This document shows, one piece after another, positions 26,073 to 40,670 of a stretch of DNA of 64,000 bases. Location: assembly GCA_002633005.1 (NCBI GenBank), contig NMRA01000268.1:1-64000 (forward strand), in the 5' to 3' direction. The notes under the pieces are model-generated. The model ran no database searches and was not told the DNA's origin. It was given only the letters and a program-made list of their open reading frames with translations. The translations under genes were made by a program, and so were the position numbers. Every line of letters begins with the position of its first letter. The first letter of the stretch is position 1. This DNA is from Phoronis australis (lineage: Eukaryota > Animalia > Phoronida).

Positions 26073-27584
26073 GTATAACGTTCTTTTTTGCTCGTACTTT
26101 TCTTGGTTTGCTAAATTCTACTAAAATACATGGTCACGTGACCCAGTTAATGTCGGATTATTTCTAAACCAAACTTAAAATTCTACACGCTTTCTGCTTT
26201 CAGAAAAAATATATATATATACCAAGTGGGTACAAACTGCCAAATGGGCAAATATCATATAAAGTACCAAGTGGGTACACCAAACAGCCAACTAGGCTAT
26301 AAAAACCTGCAAAGCAGGGTTCCGGACAAGCTGAGTGAGCAGACCAGCCGGAGTATTGTAAGGAACGTGGTGTTGTGGCTCAGTACACCGTATGTGCCAC
26401 ATGGGTAGGGTTGTTCATGGATGAGATGAAAAACATTGTGTCATAGCATACCCCAGTCGTTAATTAAGTAGGCCTTCGACAATACAGTAGCCCCATCACG
26501 AACCCCATTTAGCGCCAAAAAAACTTGAGACGGCGCTCGCGCCAATCGAAGTCTACATGTATGTCATCATCGTTACCACGAATTAAAATGCTGCAACCCG
26601 TAGCCTAATCGCCACCATTTTGACTCTAGACCGGGACCCCAGAGCTTTTTTGGCCATGAAAAGGTAACCAATTTTCTTTGGTGCCACAGTGCTCTATTGG
26701 TATCCTGATGCTTGGAAATGGTCGTCTGGCAGGTTCGCTCTGGTGGGTGTGTCCAGGGGAGCAAAGGGAATTGCACTCAAAGAATTGAGCTACATGTAGA
26801 TCAACTTTTCTGGTAACCACTTCAAAGTACCTGGGATCTCGGTCTACTCGATCAACCTAAAAAAATTGGAAATGTAATAGCAACACAACATTGTGATTGT
26901 CTTTAATAAATTAAAACTACGAAATCAAGTCTGGATTGTATGAAATCATACCCAATTTTAAGAATTTGTAATCAATTGAACGTTTTAAATTCAGTATCAG
27001 AATTGCGTTAAGCCAATCAGACAGAATATTCCGGATTTGGGCCGGATTCCCTATAGGCTACTCTGGGCCGGAACATTAACACGAAACGTCGAAGTGCACA
27101 CTGCAGATTTTTTGTAGCCAGCCAGCTAGCTGTTTGAAGACTATCGCCAAAATGCAGCAAGGTAACACTGTGAATTGAGCTCTATAGTCTATGGTTAAAC
27201 CACGAAATCTCCTACAGGCCGGATACGAGTCGTGTTAGTCACCTCGTCGTGAAACTTATAGTCCGGATACCTATCGTCGTCAGGCTCCAAGGTCGTCCGC
27301 CACCTCCTTTCGCGTGTAGCGCAGCCACGCGGGACTTAGCGTTCCAATTTGGAGTGCTCGTCTGCACGTTAGGTACTAACCTCTCGGGAGTAACACGCAT
27401 GGATGAACTGAGACTAAAATTAATCCATTTACCGACTGTTTTTTGAGACCACTTAAAAACTTGTAGATTTTACTAATGCACTTTTTTTGTTCATTTTCAG
27501 AAGATATTTTCGAAATTAAATGTTCTTCAGACGGAACAAAAAACAACTCATGGATTGTTTATGCAATGTATCTATTTGTCCCAG

Positions 27585-27609
27585 CATAGATTATATACTA
27601 TAGTCTATG
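27585..27609. mobile_element. 25-bp palindromic P-element-like footprint with 7-bp TSD
   Basis: gtcccag | catagattatatactatagtctatg | gtcccag. Confidence 0.7.
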
Positions 27610-30600
27610 GTCCCAGGCACTAACCGACACCTGTTAGGCCAAAGGAAAAACGCAACAGACAAATGGAACACGCTGGGTGCTTAACAGTTTCGGCCACGCC
27701 TTGGGCATCAAAATATCGTCCACTTGTTTTTTATTGCAAAACAAAGTACTAAGCTCAACATTTATGTTGAAATTTTTGGTTAAAGCATTTTGAATTTATT
27801 TGAAGAAAATTAAAATACTTGAATTGATAGAGAATGGCCACCAAAAAGTAAAACGTTTGTTACATACAACACAGCATGACAAAATCAAAAATAAAAGAAG
27901 AGATTGAGCAATAAAATGCAAATGCAACTTGGGTATTTATTTATTTATTTAAAGGTGAGAAAAAATCAAACAATATAATATTGGGTAATTTATTAGAACA
28001 ACTGCATCGAGGTTCAATGACCAACTTCCGCTAACCATGTCTCAAAGGTTTACAGTTCTGTTTTGGCTGACAAGGTGTTAACAAATAATGAAGAGAAACT
28101 GACAAGAAGAAAAAGGACAGCAGAGATAAGTGGTGTTAAGAACAACTAGAGCAAAATGTCAAATAAATAGGTCACAAATACAAAATAAGTAAGGTCTATC
28201 TGGAACAAAACAATTGCGATTTATTTTCCAGAACTGAAATTCTAAATCAACTTTAATCGATTTAAAAATCGATATTATACTAGTAAAACAGTTTGTGGTT
28301 GAAGTAGAATTGCTGTAAACTACTTTCCATTATTTTCTTCGCCTTTTTCTGTGCGGTTTTCTGTTCTTTCAAAAGGGGCAGCATATGACGACCATAGGTG
28401 TCATTACAAAATCATGATGGCTGCCGAAAAAGCAACGCAAAGTTGAACAACTCGGCATAAGTAAAAGAAAACGTTTGAATCAACGAATACTATATATTTG
28501 TGAGAGTTAAATCAAATCCTATTCAGAGCATAACTTTGAAGTGGAATAATTGGGCCAGTACGACAACAAGCCGGTCTTATGCTTAGGAGGACGACCATTG
28601 TGTTCCCGAGTATATATCGAAAAGCCAACGACCGGCGGCCGGGGTGCGTGCCAAATCTGGGAGACAATTCAGACACTCACCTTGCCCGTTGCCAGTCGTT
28701 TACGGGAAGAACAATCTAATCAATGTCATTTTCTAGCACTACTCTGCGCCTTTTGAGTTGTGTAACAAAGACAGTCTGTTGTCGTTTTGAAAACAGTACG
28801 CTCGTGAAACGCGCACGCGCCGTACTAAAATTGTGCGACTTCTTTTGGTACATGATGACAGCTTCGCAGCAGTAAAGTTTGTTCTAAGTTCGGTTTGCAG
28901 GTCTTAAAAGTGCTAATAACTTGTAACGAAATGAAACCAGTTCCGAAAATTTATTGTGACAGTACGCAACCTCGTGGCAGCAAAGAACAGTTGATAGAAG
29001 AATAAACCGGGGGGGAGAAACTGTTCAGGTCAGGTGACGTAATCGCAAAACGCCGACGTACAAGAGAGCACTTCAATTTTAGCAATAGCCCTGGCCTAGA
29101 TTGGCGGTAGAACGATAATTCTTCCAACACCGGTAAATAATTTGGTTTACTCAAGGAGCGGTGCAGCAAACGTTGTAACCGAATTTGTTGAAGGAATGTG
29201 GCGAATAAATTTTAACAGAAATTATTTTGCCGGACTCAGGACCGCAGCCTATCGAACACGTTGCGGATCGAGACAAGACACTGGCGAACGGTAAAGGCAT
29301 GCGGTTGCAAGCTGTTTTGTAGAAGTAAAATATTCAAATCATAAATGCCGCATATATTCAAAGGTAGTTTCAGACACTTGCATGAAATTACAGGCTGGTT
29401 ACTCCTGGGTCACACTACCGCGGCAGCCCTTAGGTTAGCTATAGCCTCAGTGCCAGCTTCCAGTATGAAGACTATCGTCAAAATACAGCTTGTTAGTAGG
29501 CCTATTACAGCTTTGTGCCAAGGCAACCCTTAGGCCTACCTGGTCCCTGGCCACAGCGCTCGCTCGAACCAGGTTTATTTAGAACTTGGGGTCTTCTGGA
29601 GAACTGTGCAAAGTTGTTGGCTTTCAACAGAGATTTGCCCAGACTTTGCATAGTGAGCGCCAAAAGCCTAAAAAATGAGGGCTGGAATTTTTGGGAATGT
29701 CTACCTTTTACTATAAGATTCACTGGGTATGTTCAGAGCTATGAATTGTAGACACTAAAATTTGGTACTTCCTGTCTTCTAGTGGACTTTTGTCTCGTTT
29801 TCTACTTTTTTTCGGAGTTCGTGCTCCTCTGACTGAGGCAGACCTTTTTCCATTTCTCCAAATAGGGGGCTCCTTCGAGCACATAAGTATGACAAGTCCA
29901 CTACAAAATGTTATCATTTTTTATTCATTTAGCCAAAATGATTCAATCTTTTAACATAATAAGTAACTTAAAATGCAAAATACTTTACAACATTTAGCAT
30001 TACAAACAATGTCCAACATTTTCCATGATATGAAAGTGGACATACATGTAACTATTACCAGTGTTTCCTTACACCAGAATTTGACAACCATGATTTAAAA
30101 AATATGAAGTTGCAAGGAACAAGAATTGGAGGCTTGAAGCTTCACAATACAACATACCTTATTTTTCAAATTAAGATTATTCATATTGTTGACTTCATAA
30201 CTTGAATGAAGAAGCAATAAGTTACAACACAAACATGACTTAAAATTTTGGAAAATATGAATAATTTTGTGACACCTAATCAAGCCTTGAACAGCAATTG
30301 ACAGTCAAGCAAAAAAACATTTCAAAATTATTTCAACTCTTTTTTTAGCTTGGTGTAAGATCACCTGAATGGGAAATCCACAGTAAAATAATTCGAATAT
30401 ATCTCATATTTTTTGTACAAAAACACGAAAATTGAACTAAGTTCCGTTTTTGTAGCAACGTTTGTCAAAATGTATCAACGTTGAATCTCCACAAATTACA
30501 AAGTAACAGGTTGAACATGCCTTCCAGTTCAGCTAAAGTCTCCATGTTGTCAGTGCCGCCAGAAATGAGACCAACGGGAATTGCGAGCACATTTATCACT

Positions 30601-32373
30601 TAATAAGTAACAACTGCGAGGCTGAAATTTGGTGAACACTGTTGAATCGTGCAGAATAGTAAGTAAAGAAATGTCTCACTAAATTTCACCGTAAATTGTT
30701 GTCGAAAACAATTTACACAAAGTTTTAAACTCGTAACTTATCCCGCTGTCCACCAATATGGCCTACATGTACGCGATCCAAACAAAGCGACCCAAATTTC
30801 GCCACAAAAGTTGCAATAACTTTACACTGCTTGCCGGAAATGTGGGTATGGAAATAACCGATGTCAGCCGGTAATTATACGCTCACAGAGAAGGGTCAAA
30901 TACTGTTAAAAAATCGCTTTTGGCAAGGAAGGCGAAAAGAAGAAAGGGTGTCGAAAATAAGATTTTATTTAGTAAGTATTTTCGGATACTGGAACCACAT
31001 GTGCAGTTTGAGACCAGGACTTTAGTGACACTATTTTTGAGTCAGATTTCATTTAGTCATTTTCACATCGACGCGAAGCCTACAGCTTTGCACCAAGCCT
31101 AAAACAGATCTTGCCGATCGGGAAAGTTCAGTTGTCGCCAGTCCTTGTCGTGGATACGAATTTATTCCACGCACGGCACACGACGTGAACGGTGGGGAAG
31201 TTGCGCAAATGTATCCCACTGCCGCTGACATTGCTACAACCGCACACCACGCAAAGAGGCATTTTAGCCCAAAGATTAACAAGTACAGAACGTCCAAGAA
31301 ATGGCACTCAGCTGTTACGCAGTGTGGCGTCCCATTAATTTCGTGGCCACGATGATGTCATATGAACCACTTTACGCTGATTGGTTGAAATTTTTTCTGG
31401 GGAGCTCGAAGGGGCTACGAATTATGAGCGGTGTAATTTGCGTTGCAATTACATGTAATTACTTGCCGTGGTATGTAAGAAGCAAAAACAATATTTTTTA
31501 TGAACAATACATACATTTCTGGTGTCAAAAAGGTGTTTTAGCAGCTGGACGCTGTCGTTAAAGATGCATTTCGCAAACGTTTAACTGCCAACGTTGAATG
31601 CTTAACACAAATGGTTTGGGGTTTAAGAGTGATGATATGTTTAAAAACACATTATTACGCTCATAAGATCTTGAATTGTCATCGAATGAGGCTACAACTC
31701 AAGTCTCAAGTAATGTCTACACGGGCTAGTTTTGAATCTGAATTTGTTGAGTCGCTAACGGTTCCGATATTCTTGTTGGTAACTGAGATAGAATCCTATC
31801 ACGGGAAGGAATGTTGTGAGACGAATGCAAAAGGCCCAATTCCATGTTACTTTGTTAATCATCTAAACAGGGCTTGTTCTTTCGGGTAAACGAAGAAAGC
31901 CACATTAAGGAAAATCAATCAAGGTTGGTGTTGTTGATCAACCAACCATTGTTTATAATGAGGACTTTCAAGTATATAATTAGTTGGCGCAGGTGCCGTG
32001 ACGTAGATGTACGTGGGATATTAATACAATGTAATAAACAGGCAGCGACTGTGATTGGTTTTAAAAATGTTTTCTTCCTAATAAAGGCTGGGTGCTTGGA
32101 ATGTCAACGGTTGATCTTTGAATTGACACCAGAGTGGGAACATTAATCAAGTTTGTTACAGAAGCACAGACACTCTCGTCTCGAAGCACATCGAGTCTGT
32201 TAGCTAAGATAAAATCTGTGCTCAAGACTCATTACGACGATCAAAGATTTGGAAACTCTTGGAAATTTTCAGGTAACTAAATATAGGATATTTTTATTGT
32301 GTTAAAGGACAACTATCAAGGTCAGCAATCATGGTATCCAACCGGGGTTCTTTTTAAAATTAGAAACCAACTA

Positions 32374-32589
32374 CATGCGCGCACCCAGCCTTAAATATGA
32401 GGGACTCGTATTCCTAACGTTGTGGACCTTTTGGTAAAAAAATAGCCGGCGGACTAAAAAAAAAAACGGACGCACCACTGTGAATTGCGCGTTTGGGCTT
32501 GTTTAGCGGACTTTTGTCTCATTTTTCTCACAGGCGGACCTTTTTGATCACTTCGCCCCCCAGCCCCCCTCCCCCTAAGTGCGCGCATG
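32374..32589. mobile_element. MITE of the CATGCGCGCAC family, 5-bp TSD
   Basis: TIR catgcgcgcac / gtgcgcgcatg; TSD aacta at 32369-32373 and 32590-32594; homologous to the 56406 and 56824 copies. Confidence 0.85.
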
Positions 32590-33299
32590 AACTACAGTAG
32601 ACAATCAGTGCAAGGAAAAGGAGAGAAACAGTGGATTTGGCATGAGCCCATCATTGAATACCTGTTGTCTACTGTAACTCTGTTGATGACGTTGGCAGGT
32701 GAATATTTTGTTTGCTATTGGTAACATACCAAATGAAATGCATATACAAAAAAACGACTCAAACAAAGTCTGACGGGGTTGTTTTTTACCAATGCATACG
32801 AATGTTTTCGGTGACTGCCGACGATAAACTTCTGATACTGTGACAAAAAATTCGAAAGAAAAAATCGAAGCGAGAATTTTCAACTACCTGATCGCCATTT
32901 TTCAGTCTGCTCAGAAAGGTTACTAATGGTTACAGCTGTACAAAGGTCAGGTTTGAAGTTTGTGACAAACTGCGACAAAATGGCCGATGCCACTGCTTTG
33001 AGACTTTCTACAGGCCCATTGTCACAAGGATGATGTATGGCCAAATTTCATTCAATGTAAGTGTCCAAAAAATATCACTCAAAATGGTTGTTACAGTTTT
33101 CTAAAATATTATGTATAGTTTTTGTTGCAACTTTTGATTTTTATGGAGACCATTTTGGAAGAGAAATGCAACAGTATTTAATACAATTCCTAACAGGTTA
33201 TGGAAAATTGTACATAAAGCATAACATATAAAGTTTACCCGGTCACGCTTTTCTGAGCCAACTTTGGACATTTTTCTAGGTTCTTGAGTAACTTACATA

Positions 33300-34290
33300 T
33301 AAACATGGTGTTATCTACTACCCAGCTTCGTCGTCTGCTAGGATTTCATCTTCATCGTGGGTTTCGATCTTGACCTAGAACCCTCTCTGATGGTAGGTCA
33401 CTGAATGCTGATTAGACCTCCAGCCGACGCTGAGGTTCCCATTTGTTCTCACGCTGTAACCACAGTCACACGGTTGTTCACTCCGCTGCTCTTATAGTAG
33501 ACTTGAATATATCAGCTCACCCTCTTGATTTAATACCCAGTAGCTTCGTCATCCGCCACATGCTGCCTGCAATAAATCCTCGACATCCAACTTCTATGGA
33601 AAGACAGAAGCATTTCTAGCCATTCGCTGCACAGTCCTGCGATAGCTCTACGTACTTGAGTAGTTTCTTCTCGTGAGCGTCCTGCACCCTAGTCTCCCAC
33701 GGCACAGTTAACTTAATCAAAATCAGAATGTTCTTGCTATCTGACCACAACACTATGTTGGGTCTTAATTGGGTTACTGCAATATGCCTCGGGAATGAAC
33801 CCCAAGTGACCACATCCTCCGCCACAATCTTCCAGTCGGCAGCCATGCCTAGAACACCCGACTCGCACTTCTTAGTGGATATTCAGCCTTTGTAGAATTG
33901 AATGAATGCTTTTCCAGAGTTATAGTTACCTTCATTCTTTCCAGATCTAAAACATGTGCAGTACACTTAAGAACCTTGTGATGGTTCCAAGTGTACTTCC
34001 CTGAAGTGAGAGCTTCTCTGCAGCTAGATAGAAATTGTTCTAAGGTACACCGCTTGCCACATCCCCTGCAGCTGTCATCCTAAGATTGACAGGAGTTGGG
34101 AGAGTGTTATATATAAAGCCAAGTAAAAAACCCAATCTGAACAGGTCCGAAGACAGAAGGTCTTTACCAGTTATCCTTCTGCTGAACACTCCTTCCCATG
34201 GTGTCCATGCACCCTGTTTCCTCAGTCCGACCGCTTCAGCATGTCTTCTCTCATTCTCCTGGGATCTAACTTCACCCACAACCACAGCTC
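33300..34290 (-). mobile_element. Hero/NeSL-like non-LTR retrotransposon 3' remnant (Zn knuckle and restriction-like endonuclease)
   Basis: KQGAWTPWE..YNTLPTPVNL, CRGCGKRCTLEQFLSSC..GKYTWNHHKVL, FPRHIAVTQLRPNIVLWS..IKLTVPWE..AHEKKLLKY, IEVGCRGF. Confidence 0.85.
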
Positions 34291-35550
34291 TTGTTGGTTC
34301 AGTTAAACCAAAAACAAACTAATAGCTATTACAAACACGACATTTAATACTTTTAAATTAAGAACGACAACAACAATTCATAAGAACAAAACAAGGAGCG
34401 GCACCGGCAGCAGAAAATACACATTTTGTGTCAACTACCTTTGGACAGACATTAAGAAGAGTCCGAGATAAAGACATAACAATTCAAAATTTCACAGTTT
34501 ACATTGAACAGCCTATTATTTTAAAAGGTTCCTGAAGTACAATAACATGCATTTTAATGTAATTTAATTGATGAATAACGTCTATATCAGAAATCACATC
34601 TTTGCTACTCTTTCACATATTTGTAAAATAGCGTTTTTTCCAATGTTAATTCCTATTGGCTAACGCGCGTCTGACGTCGCTGAGGCTGTACCGTGGGTGA
34701 AGGCAATAAGATAAATCAAGCTTGTTATGTATATAGCTCATTGGGTGAATGCGTCTTGGCTACAGAACTGTGCTTAATGTCTATAATTCGTTTGCGATCT
34801 CTGCTCTCAAAAGTTCATAATACAAGTTTACTGCCGTGTAGTGTTGACTATTAGTGGAACGACGCCGTTCTCGGCACGGGCCAGGAAAGGGCCCCGACTG
34901 CGTATAGCTTGCCTTGGTGCAAGATGTATAGTAAATATACAGCGGCCGTTGCACCGGCGTGGGTAAAAACTGGTCAAATAAAATCTGGCACAAACTTAGT
35001 GTCATTAAAAATTACACTCTTCCTTGAGTAAACTAAATAATTGACTGGTGTTAAAAAACTGGCGTTCTGCCGATCACTCCGCTACTAAAATTTGGGTGCG
35101 CTCTTTAAGGTCGGCTTTCGGCGCCGTCCCCTGTTGCCTTATTGGCCAGTTTCATTCCCCGAGTTGTTCTTCTTCCAAGCGATTGAACTGTTTTACGAAG
35201 TTGTGTACATGTCACAACAAATTACTAGAGCTGATTTCATTTCCTTACCAGTTTTTAGTATTTTAATACCAGGAAACCCAATTTCATGAAAAATTGCTCC
35301 TGCGAAGCTGTCATCATTTCCCGACAGATGTCACAAAATTTTAGGAAGTAGCGTGTATTGAGCGTACTGTTTTCTTTGTTACAAAAGACTGAGAATTATG
35401 AAATAAAATGTTTACTAGATTGTTTCTCACTTAAATGGCTCCAGCAGGCAAGGTGAGTGTCAGTTGACACCCAGATATTTGCACGCTCACTGCCGGTTTA
35501 GAGCTGTACATGTTGATATAAGTTTGGCGACGAGGTGACGAGCAGAACTA

Positions 35551-35959
35551 CCCGGGCCCAGTTTCCAATCTTTTTACTCGAAATGGAACTCGAAATTAGG
35601 TTTGGCATTTTCTACTCTACTTTTGGGCGAACTCAAGATAAGTGTCTATTATTCTGTGCTCGAGTACACAATAACTTACGTAGATAATTTATTGCCCTTA
35701 GTTCACAGTTTGTAAACCCAATAGTAAAGCAATAAGTTCGAGTTTGAACTCGAAATTTCGAGTTTTTACTCGAGTTTGTAGCACGAATATAAGGGTCTTC
35801 AAGGGCAAACTTGAACTAGAAACTCCTATGCATAAACTATATTTATTCGAGCACAGTCTGGTAACCAATTTTCTTAAGTTCGCACAAAAGGTGCAGAGAA
35901 ATTGCCAAAAATAGTTTCGAGTTCGCTTCGAGTACAAAGATTAGAGACCGGGCTCCGGG
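35551..35959. mobile_element. MITE with ~48-bp imperfect TIRs (PIF/Harbinger-like)
   Basis: Left cccgggcccagtttccaatctttttactcgaaatggaactcgaaatta versus reverse complement of the right end cccggagcccggtctctaatctttgtactcgaagcgaactcgaaacta; the 3-bp TSD is ambiguous. Confidence 0.75.
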
Positions 35960-38900
35960 CTATGTGAAAATTTGGAGTCTAACGGAGCTCAACACACAGC
36001 GCTACTGATACCTAGTTGTATTTTGAAGATAGTCTTCATGCAGCTAGATGGATGGCTAGGCCCTGGGATGAATCAAAGTCACAGGAAAGAAATACGAAAA
36101 AGCTTGTGAGTATGCACATGTTGATCTGTCGTCTGGACTACGTACTCGCACGGCTGATGACCTATATCTCTTTGTGCTCTACAGCCTCAGTGACGTCACG
36201 AAAAACAGCGCTTGCAGTGGGGCTTTACAGGACTAATAAATTTTGTACTTTTCAAAGTAAAAAAAGAAAAATACTGTGCACAATTTAGGAATATGTGGAT
36301 GCCAGTAACCAATCTTTATACTTTCAAAATTCATATGAAAATGCTTAAACATGTAGTTCAGGCCTCTTTTAAGGCTATCTCAGTGGCCTTCATTCTAACT
36401 CGTATATCAAAAAACCAAGCTTTGACAAGTAGTAAACGTGTATATTTTCTAAACGAAAAAAGATCAGGAGAATATGTTTTATATTTATGTACCATTATTA
36501 TCATTACGTTAATATCTTTTTAAGTCAAATTTTTAAGAAAGGTATGTTCATAGCAAAATAATGCCTCGGTCGATTTTAATGAAACTTTTTTAAATGAAAA
36601 CTTCACCAATTACCCCCAAAAACGCTGTTAGGAATTTTCAGTTAGTCTTTTCGTTTGGTTTTTATGACAAATGAACTCGCAAAATGTGTTTTTTTTGTAA
36701 AAATAGCAGTCGTATTCGTCTTTCCTTCATTAAGCAAAAACTAGGCCTTTATATCAAAACTCCTAAAAGCGTTTTTGAGAATGAAGATAAATATTAAGTT
36801 TGGAAAGTTTCAGCGAAATCCACTACGCCTTTTCCGAGAGATCGTGTTCCTTATATCAAATTCATTCTATTTCCGAACCCGAAAAAAATTCTATTAAATT
36901 GGGCTAAGTGAAAATCTCAAGGTCTTCGATCAATATAACCTATACATGCCTTAACCATGTTAGCTATTTCAACATTTACTCGCAATGTCAACTGAATTTG
37001 CAGTGCGTAATCAATGTAGTCGTCGTTAGCTCCCTCAAAATCCCCATCCCATTCTCGACAAACAAATATTCTGTTCGCAAAACCTCTGTGATACGCCTAG
37101 CTCTTTTGTGAAAGCTCAGCTAGTTCGAAATGGGGCAAGATGGCGACTTGTTATTGGTCTGTTACTTCGAATGGTGAAAATATCATGAGGAGCAATTGGA
37201 AAAGACATCGGTTGTTGTAAGGTCCAGAGGAGCGTTGTCGGACTTTCTCTTATGTCCATATACGCATTGGTTGGAGTTTGTAACAGGAAATAGAATGCTA
37301 TGACGATAAGGAATAATGCGAGACCGATCTTATGAAAGCAAAAGTTCTAATCAGATTTTCCTCATTTAGACAGTTATCAGGAAGAAAGGCAGCTTTGTGT
37401 GACACAAAGCACATTAATAACGTTTCTTCAAAGTGCTGTCACGTGGGATTCATGATCAATTCATTTAGCTGTTGTCACCGTTACAAGAAAGGAATCACGA
37501 GTATCTTTTCTTGCATAACTATGTTCGATTTCGTTACCCATGATCGTAATTGTCTTTAAAACAGCGACGGAAATAATGTGGTTAACGTCATACGCAACAA
37601 TTAGTAACGCACTTCATACAATGTAACAACCCGTTCACCCTGTTTTTATTTGCTTCCGTTCGTCGTTAATTACTATATTTATTGTGTTCTAAGATTCCGT
37701 GATAACATGCTATAAACATTGCCACTAAATAAGATTGGTACTAACCCCGCTTGTCAAAGTAAACGGTGGGGTTTGGAAAATTGAACTAGACCGTATTTAT
37801 CTACCTTGGCTGAGTCGCGCTCGGCTCACGATTAAAGGGATGCCGCCAAGCTGCTCTATTCATCGAGTCACGAGCGAGGATAATTGGCTTCGCTCATGAG
37901 GATATGATCAGCTGATTACAATCTAGCTAGCAGACTGTACTTTTTATGGAGAGAGTTTTACGTAGTTTTTACTGTAATATTTGAAAAGAGGAGCGAAAAC
38001 AAATATGGGTACAACATTGAATTTTTCAAATCGGCCCAAGATAAGAGATTTTGCAACACAACAACACTCATGATTACTTTCATTCGGCACGCACGAATAC
38101 AAAAATATAGGACCCACGTTATCTAGATTTTGGAACACATGCATTGCAATATTCAAAATACGTTTATTATGAATCTTACAAGCTGTAAAACGTCGTTTTT
38201 TAATTTCATTGTGCTCATTCATTGTCATTTGTCAAATCGGCAATTTCCGAGATGTGGTCTGCGGCGTGCGCGTATGTGTACAAAACACGTGATTGTTATG
38301 TTCCTGAAGTACGAAAATTAAGAAACTTTAGCATGCCGTTATATTATTGACAGGGACACGATAAAACGAATTTGGATTTTGACTATAGTCTTGAAACAGC
38401 GAGCTGGCTGACCACTGCGTCAGTGCCTCCGTTAGACCCAGAAATTTCACACAGCCCGCGTTCACCTCGTCCCCAACATGTAGATCGAGCCTTGGACTAT
38501 AATACTCCACGGTAGAGCTACATTGTAACGGCAGTCGGCCTGTGCACACAAAATCTGTGAGTTAACCAGCACCCACCTTGCACGTTGCAGCCGTTTAAGT
38601 GAAAAGCAATCTAGTAAACGCCATTTTTTGCATAATCCTTCGCCTTTTGTAACAAAAAAGTCTATCGTCGATGACCCGCACACGCACGCTCACTCACTCT
38701 CATACGCAAACGAACTTCAAAACAAGCGTCACGTTACAACAACATGTGTGTTCATCCAGAGATTTTTCTCGTGTTGTGGAGTACGATGTAGCGCACATTT
38801 GGACTTAATCGCAATTAATCTGGACTCCACATGAACTTTAAAAATTGTAAAACATAAGGAAGATTTCAGGTAATTTGTTGAGTCGAAACTATATTTTTAT

Positions 38901-39199
38901 TCAAGAGTTCAAGTTTTCCTATTGACGATCGCGATTCAGCGACACATCAGTCTGCAAGTTTTCGCCCTGCGATGAGCACAATTTTTGAAAAATTATCGTA
39001 ATTTAACAACGGAAGTTGATAGCAATGCACCACAATTTTGTAGAAAGACTGTCATAGAATACAAATACGTCACAGAGCGTTAATTTGATGAATCCTAGCT
39101 TCCGATTTTACCCGTTTGGGAAACCGTGTTTCAACTGCCGTAGGCTACAATAAGCGTCCCCTCCCCGTGAAATGAATTTTTCTAAGCGTTTATTAGAAC

Positions 39200-40670
39200 C
39201 AATACAATTTACAGCTTTCCACCAAGGCTAGGTGATGCTACGACATTATTCTTTGTTGCATTAGTAGCTGGTCTAGGCTAATTATGATTTTATGGCCTGG
39301 TCATCCATTCAGCCAAAAGTAGTTCCAGAGGTGGCTTATCAGCTGACTCACAATAGAAGCCTGATAAGAGTGAAGGTGGATAAATGCGGTGTTCCTACAG
39401 TTTCTTGTGGTAGTGGATGTGTTCACGACATGAATCAAAATTAAACATTTACTTGCTTAACATTTTCTACTTTTGAAAATCACATCTCATCAGCTTACAC
39501 CGACATATTCTATGATCCAAATTTTAAAGTTTATCGTTTAGCATCCGATTTACAAAAACCTGGGAGTAATATGAACATTATAGTCCTAGACAAAAACAGA
39601 GGATGTTTGTATATTGACTAGATCAACTGTTGTAGTTCGAGCATGCGCGTAATTTCCAGTTCGTACGTCAGTTCTGCGTTTGATCTGAAGTTAAGAACCA
39701 CTATAAGAGATATAGATGCTTTTAGAAATTTCTGCCTTCAATTTAAAGGCGTTAAAGGTGACTGTCTTTGGGTCCCACCTCGACAAGTACAGGAATTTGT
39801 TCTCCGACTGGGATTCCAAGAATAGCAGCGAGGTAACGCAACTTATGCACATCATAACAAGATTTAATGTCATTGTTAACTTTGTAACAGTTTCTCAATA
39901 CCTGTTCCATCTGCCCGGCTTGATTGTAAAGTAGCGAGGGGAGGCACTTGGAGTTGTCGGTGCCTATGATGAAGTGAAAACACAGTACCACCGAGTTGAG
40001 ACCCGTCTTTGATCAGGCGGTTAGACTCGCAGAGCATTACCTGCGATGTCTACAAACCACGCACAAGCAAACACCAGTCTCTAAGTGGATATTTAAAGCT
40101 ATAACATTATACGATGTCTTTTGACTAAATTTCACAGTTCCATTTCTTAACAATACCATCTCTCATATGGAGAAAAGGTGTGACGGCTTCGCACTGACTG
40201 CTTCCAAGTCACAGTATTTAGTTCCTTCAGTTCTGCATACACGCACAGCAAATGGGAGTGAATGAGGCCTGCTCAGCACCTACCAGTCGGACCTGCCATC
40301 TGCTGAACTATTTGAGCTGAAGCTTAGACAATGTAAAACTAAATATTGTAACGTTAAAGTGGAAAACAATCCAACAACTGCAGCGGAAGTCCTTAAACAG
40401 CGTGACGGAAATTACCAAATATTCGTGTGATCCTGAAACTTGGTTTTACACTTCCAGGCACTTTATGGGAATGTATACAACAGGCGTGCAAGTACGATGC
40501 AGCGGCTGAGTCATTACAATGCGAGCGTCGACATGTCATGAGAGGTTACGCATATGCTTTAATCCAGATTCAGTATAGCAACTCTTTTGATATTGACCAA
40601 GTGGTCACCGCGATTGCAAAGAACCCTGCAAGAAAACTCCAACTTCATGCCTCACCATTGACAATATAGA
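39200..40670 (+). pseudogene. hAT transposase remnant (P52rIPK/THAP12-like)
   Basis: WDSKNSSEVTQLMHIITRFNVIVNFVTV..L..LPGL and a dimerization-domain-like tail ILKLGFTLPGTLWEC...ALIQIQY..DIDQVVTAIAKNPARKLQL; PRLGDATTLF upstream resembles a THAP AVPTxF box. Confidence 0.7.

Noticed and set aside
26573-26860. Possible exon on the - strand after ttttag
   Set aside because: No recognisable motif or partner exons; cannot be supported.
36365-36955. Kolobok-like element between TTAA sites
   Set aside because: The ends match only over ttaaggc; the TIR is not convincing.
38328-38683. Cys-containing ORFs resembling a transposase C-terminus
   Set aside because: The segment aligns with non-coding dispersed repeats at 27.1, 29.5 and 35.5-36.0 kb with no conserved frame.
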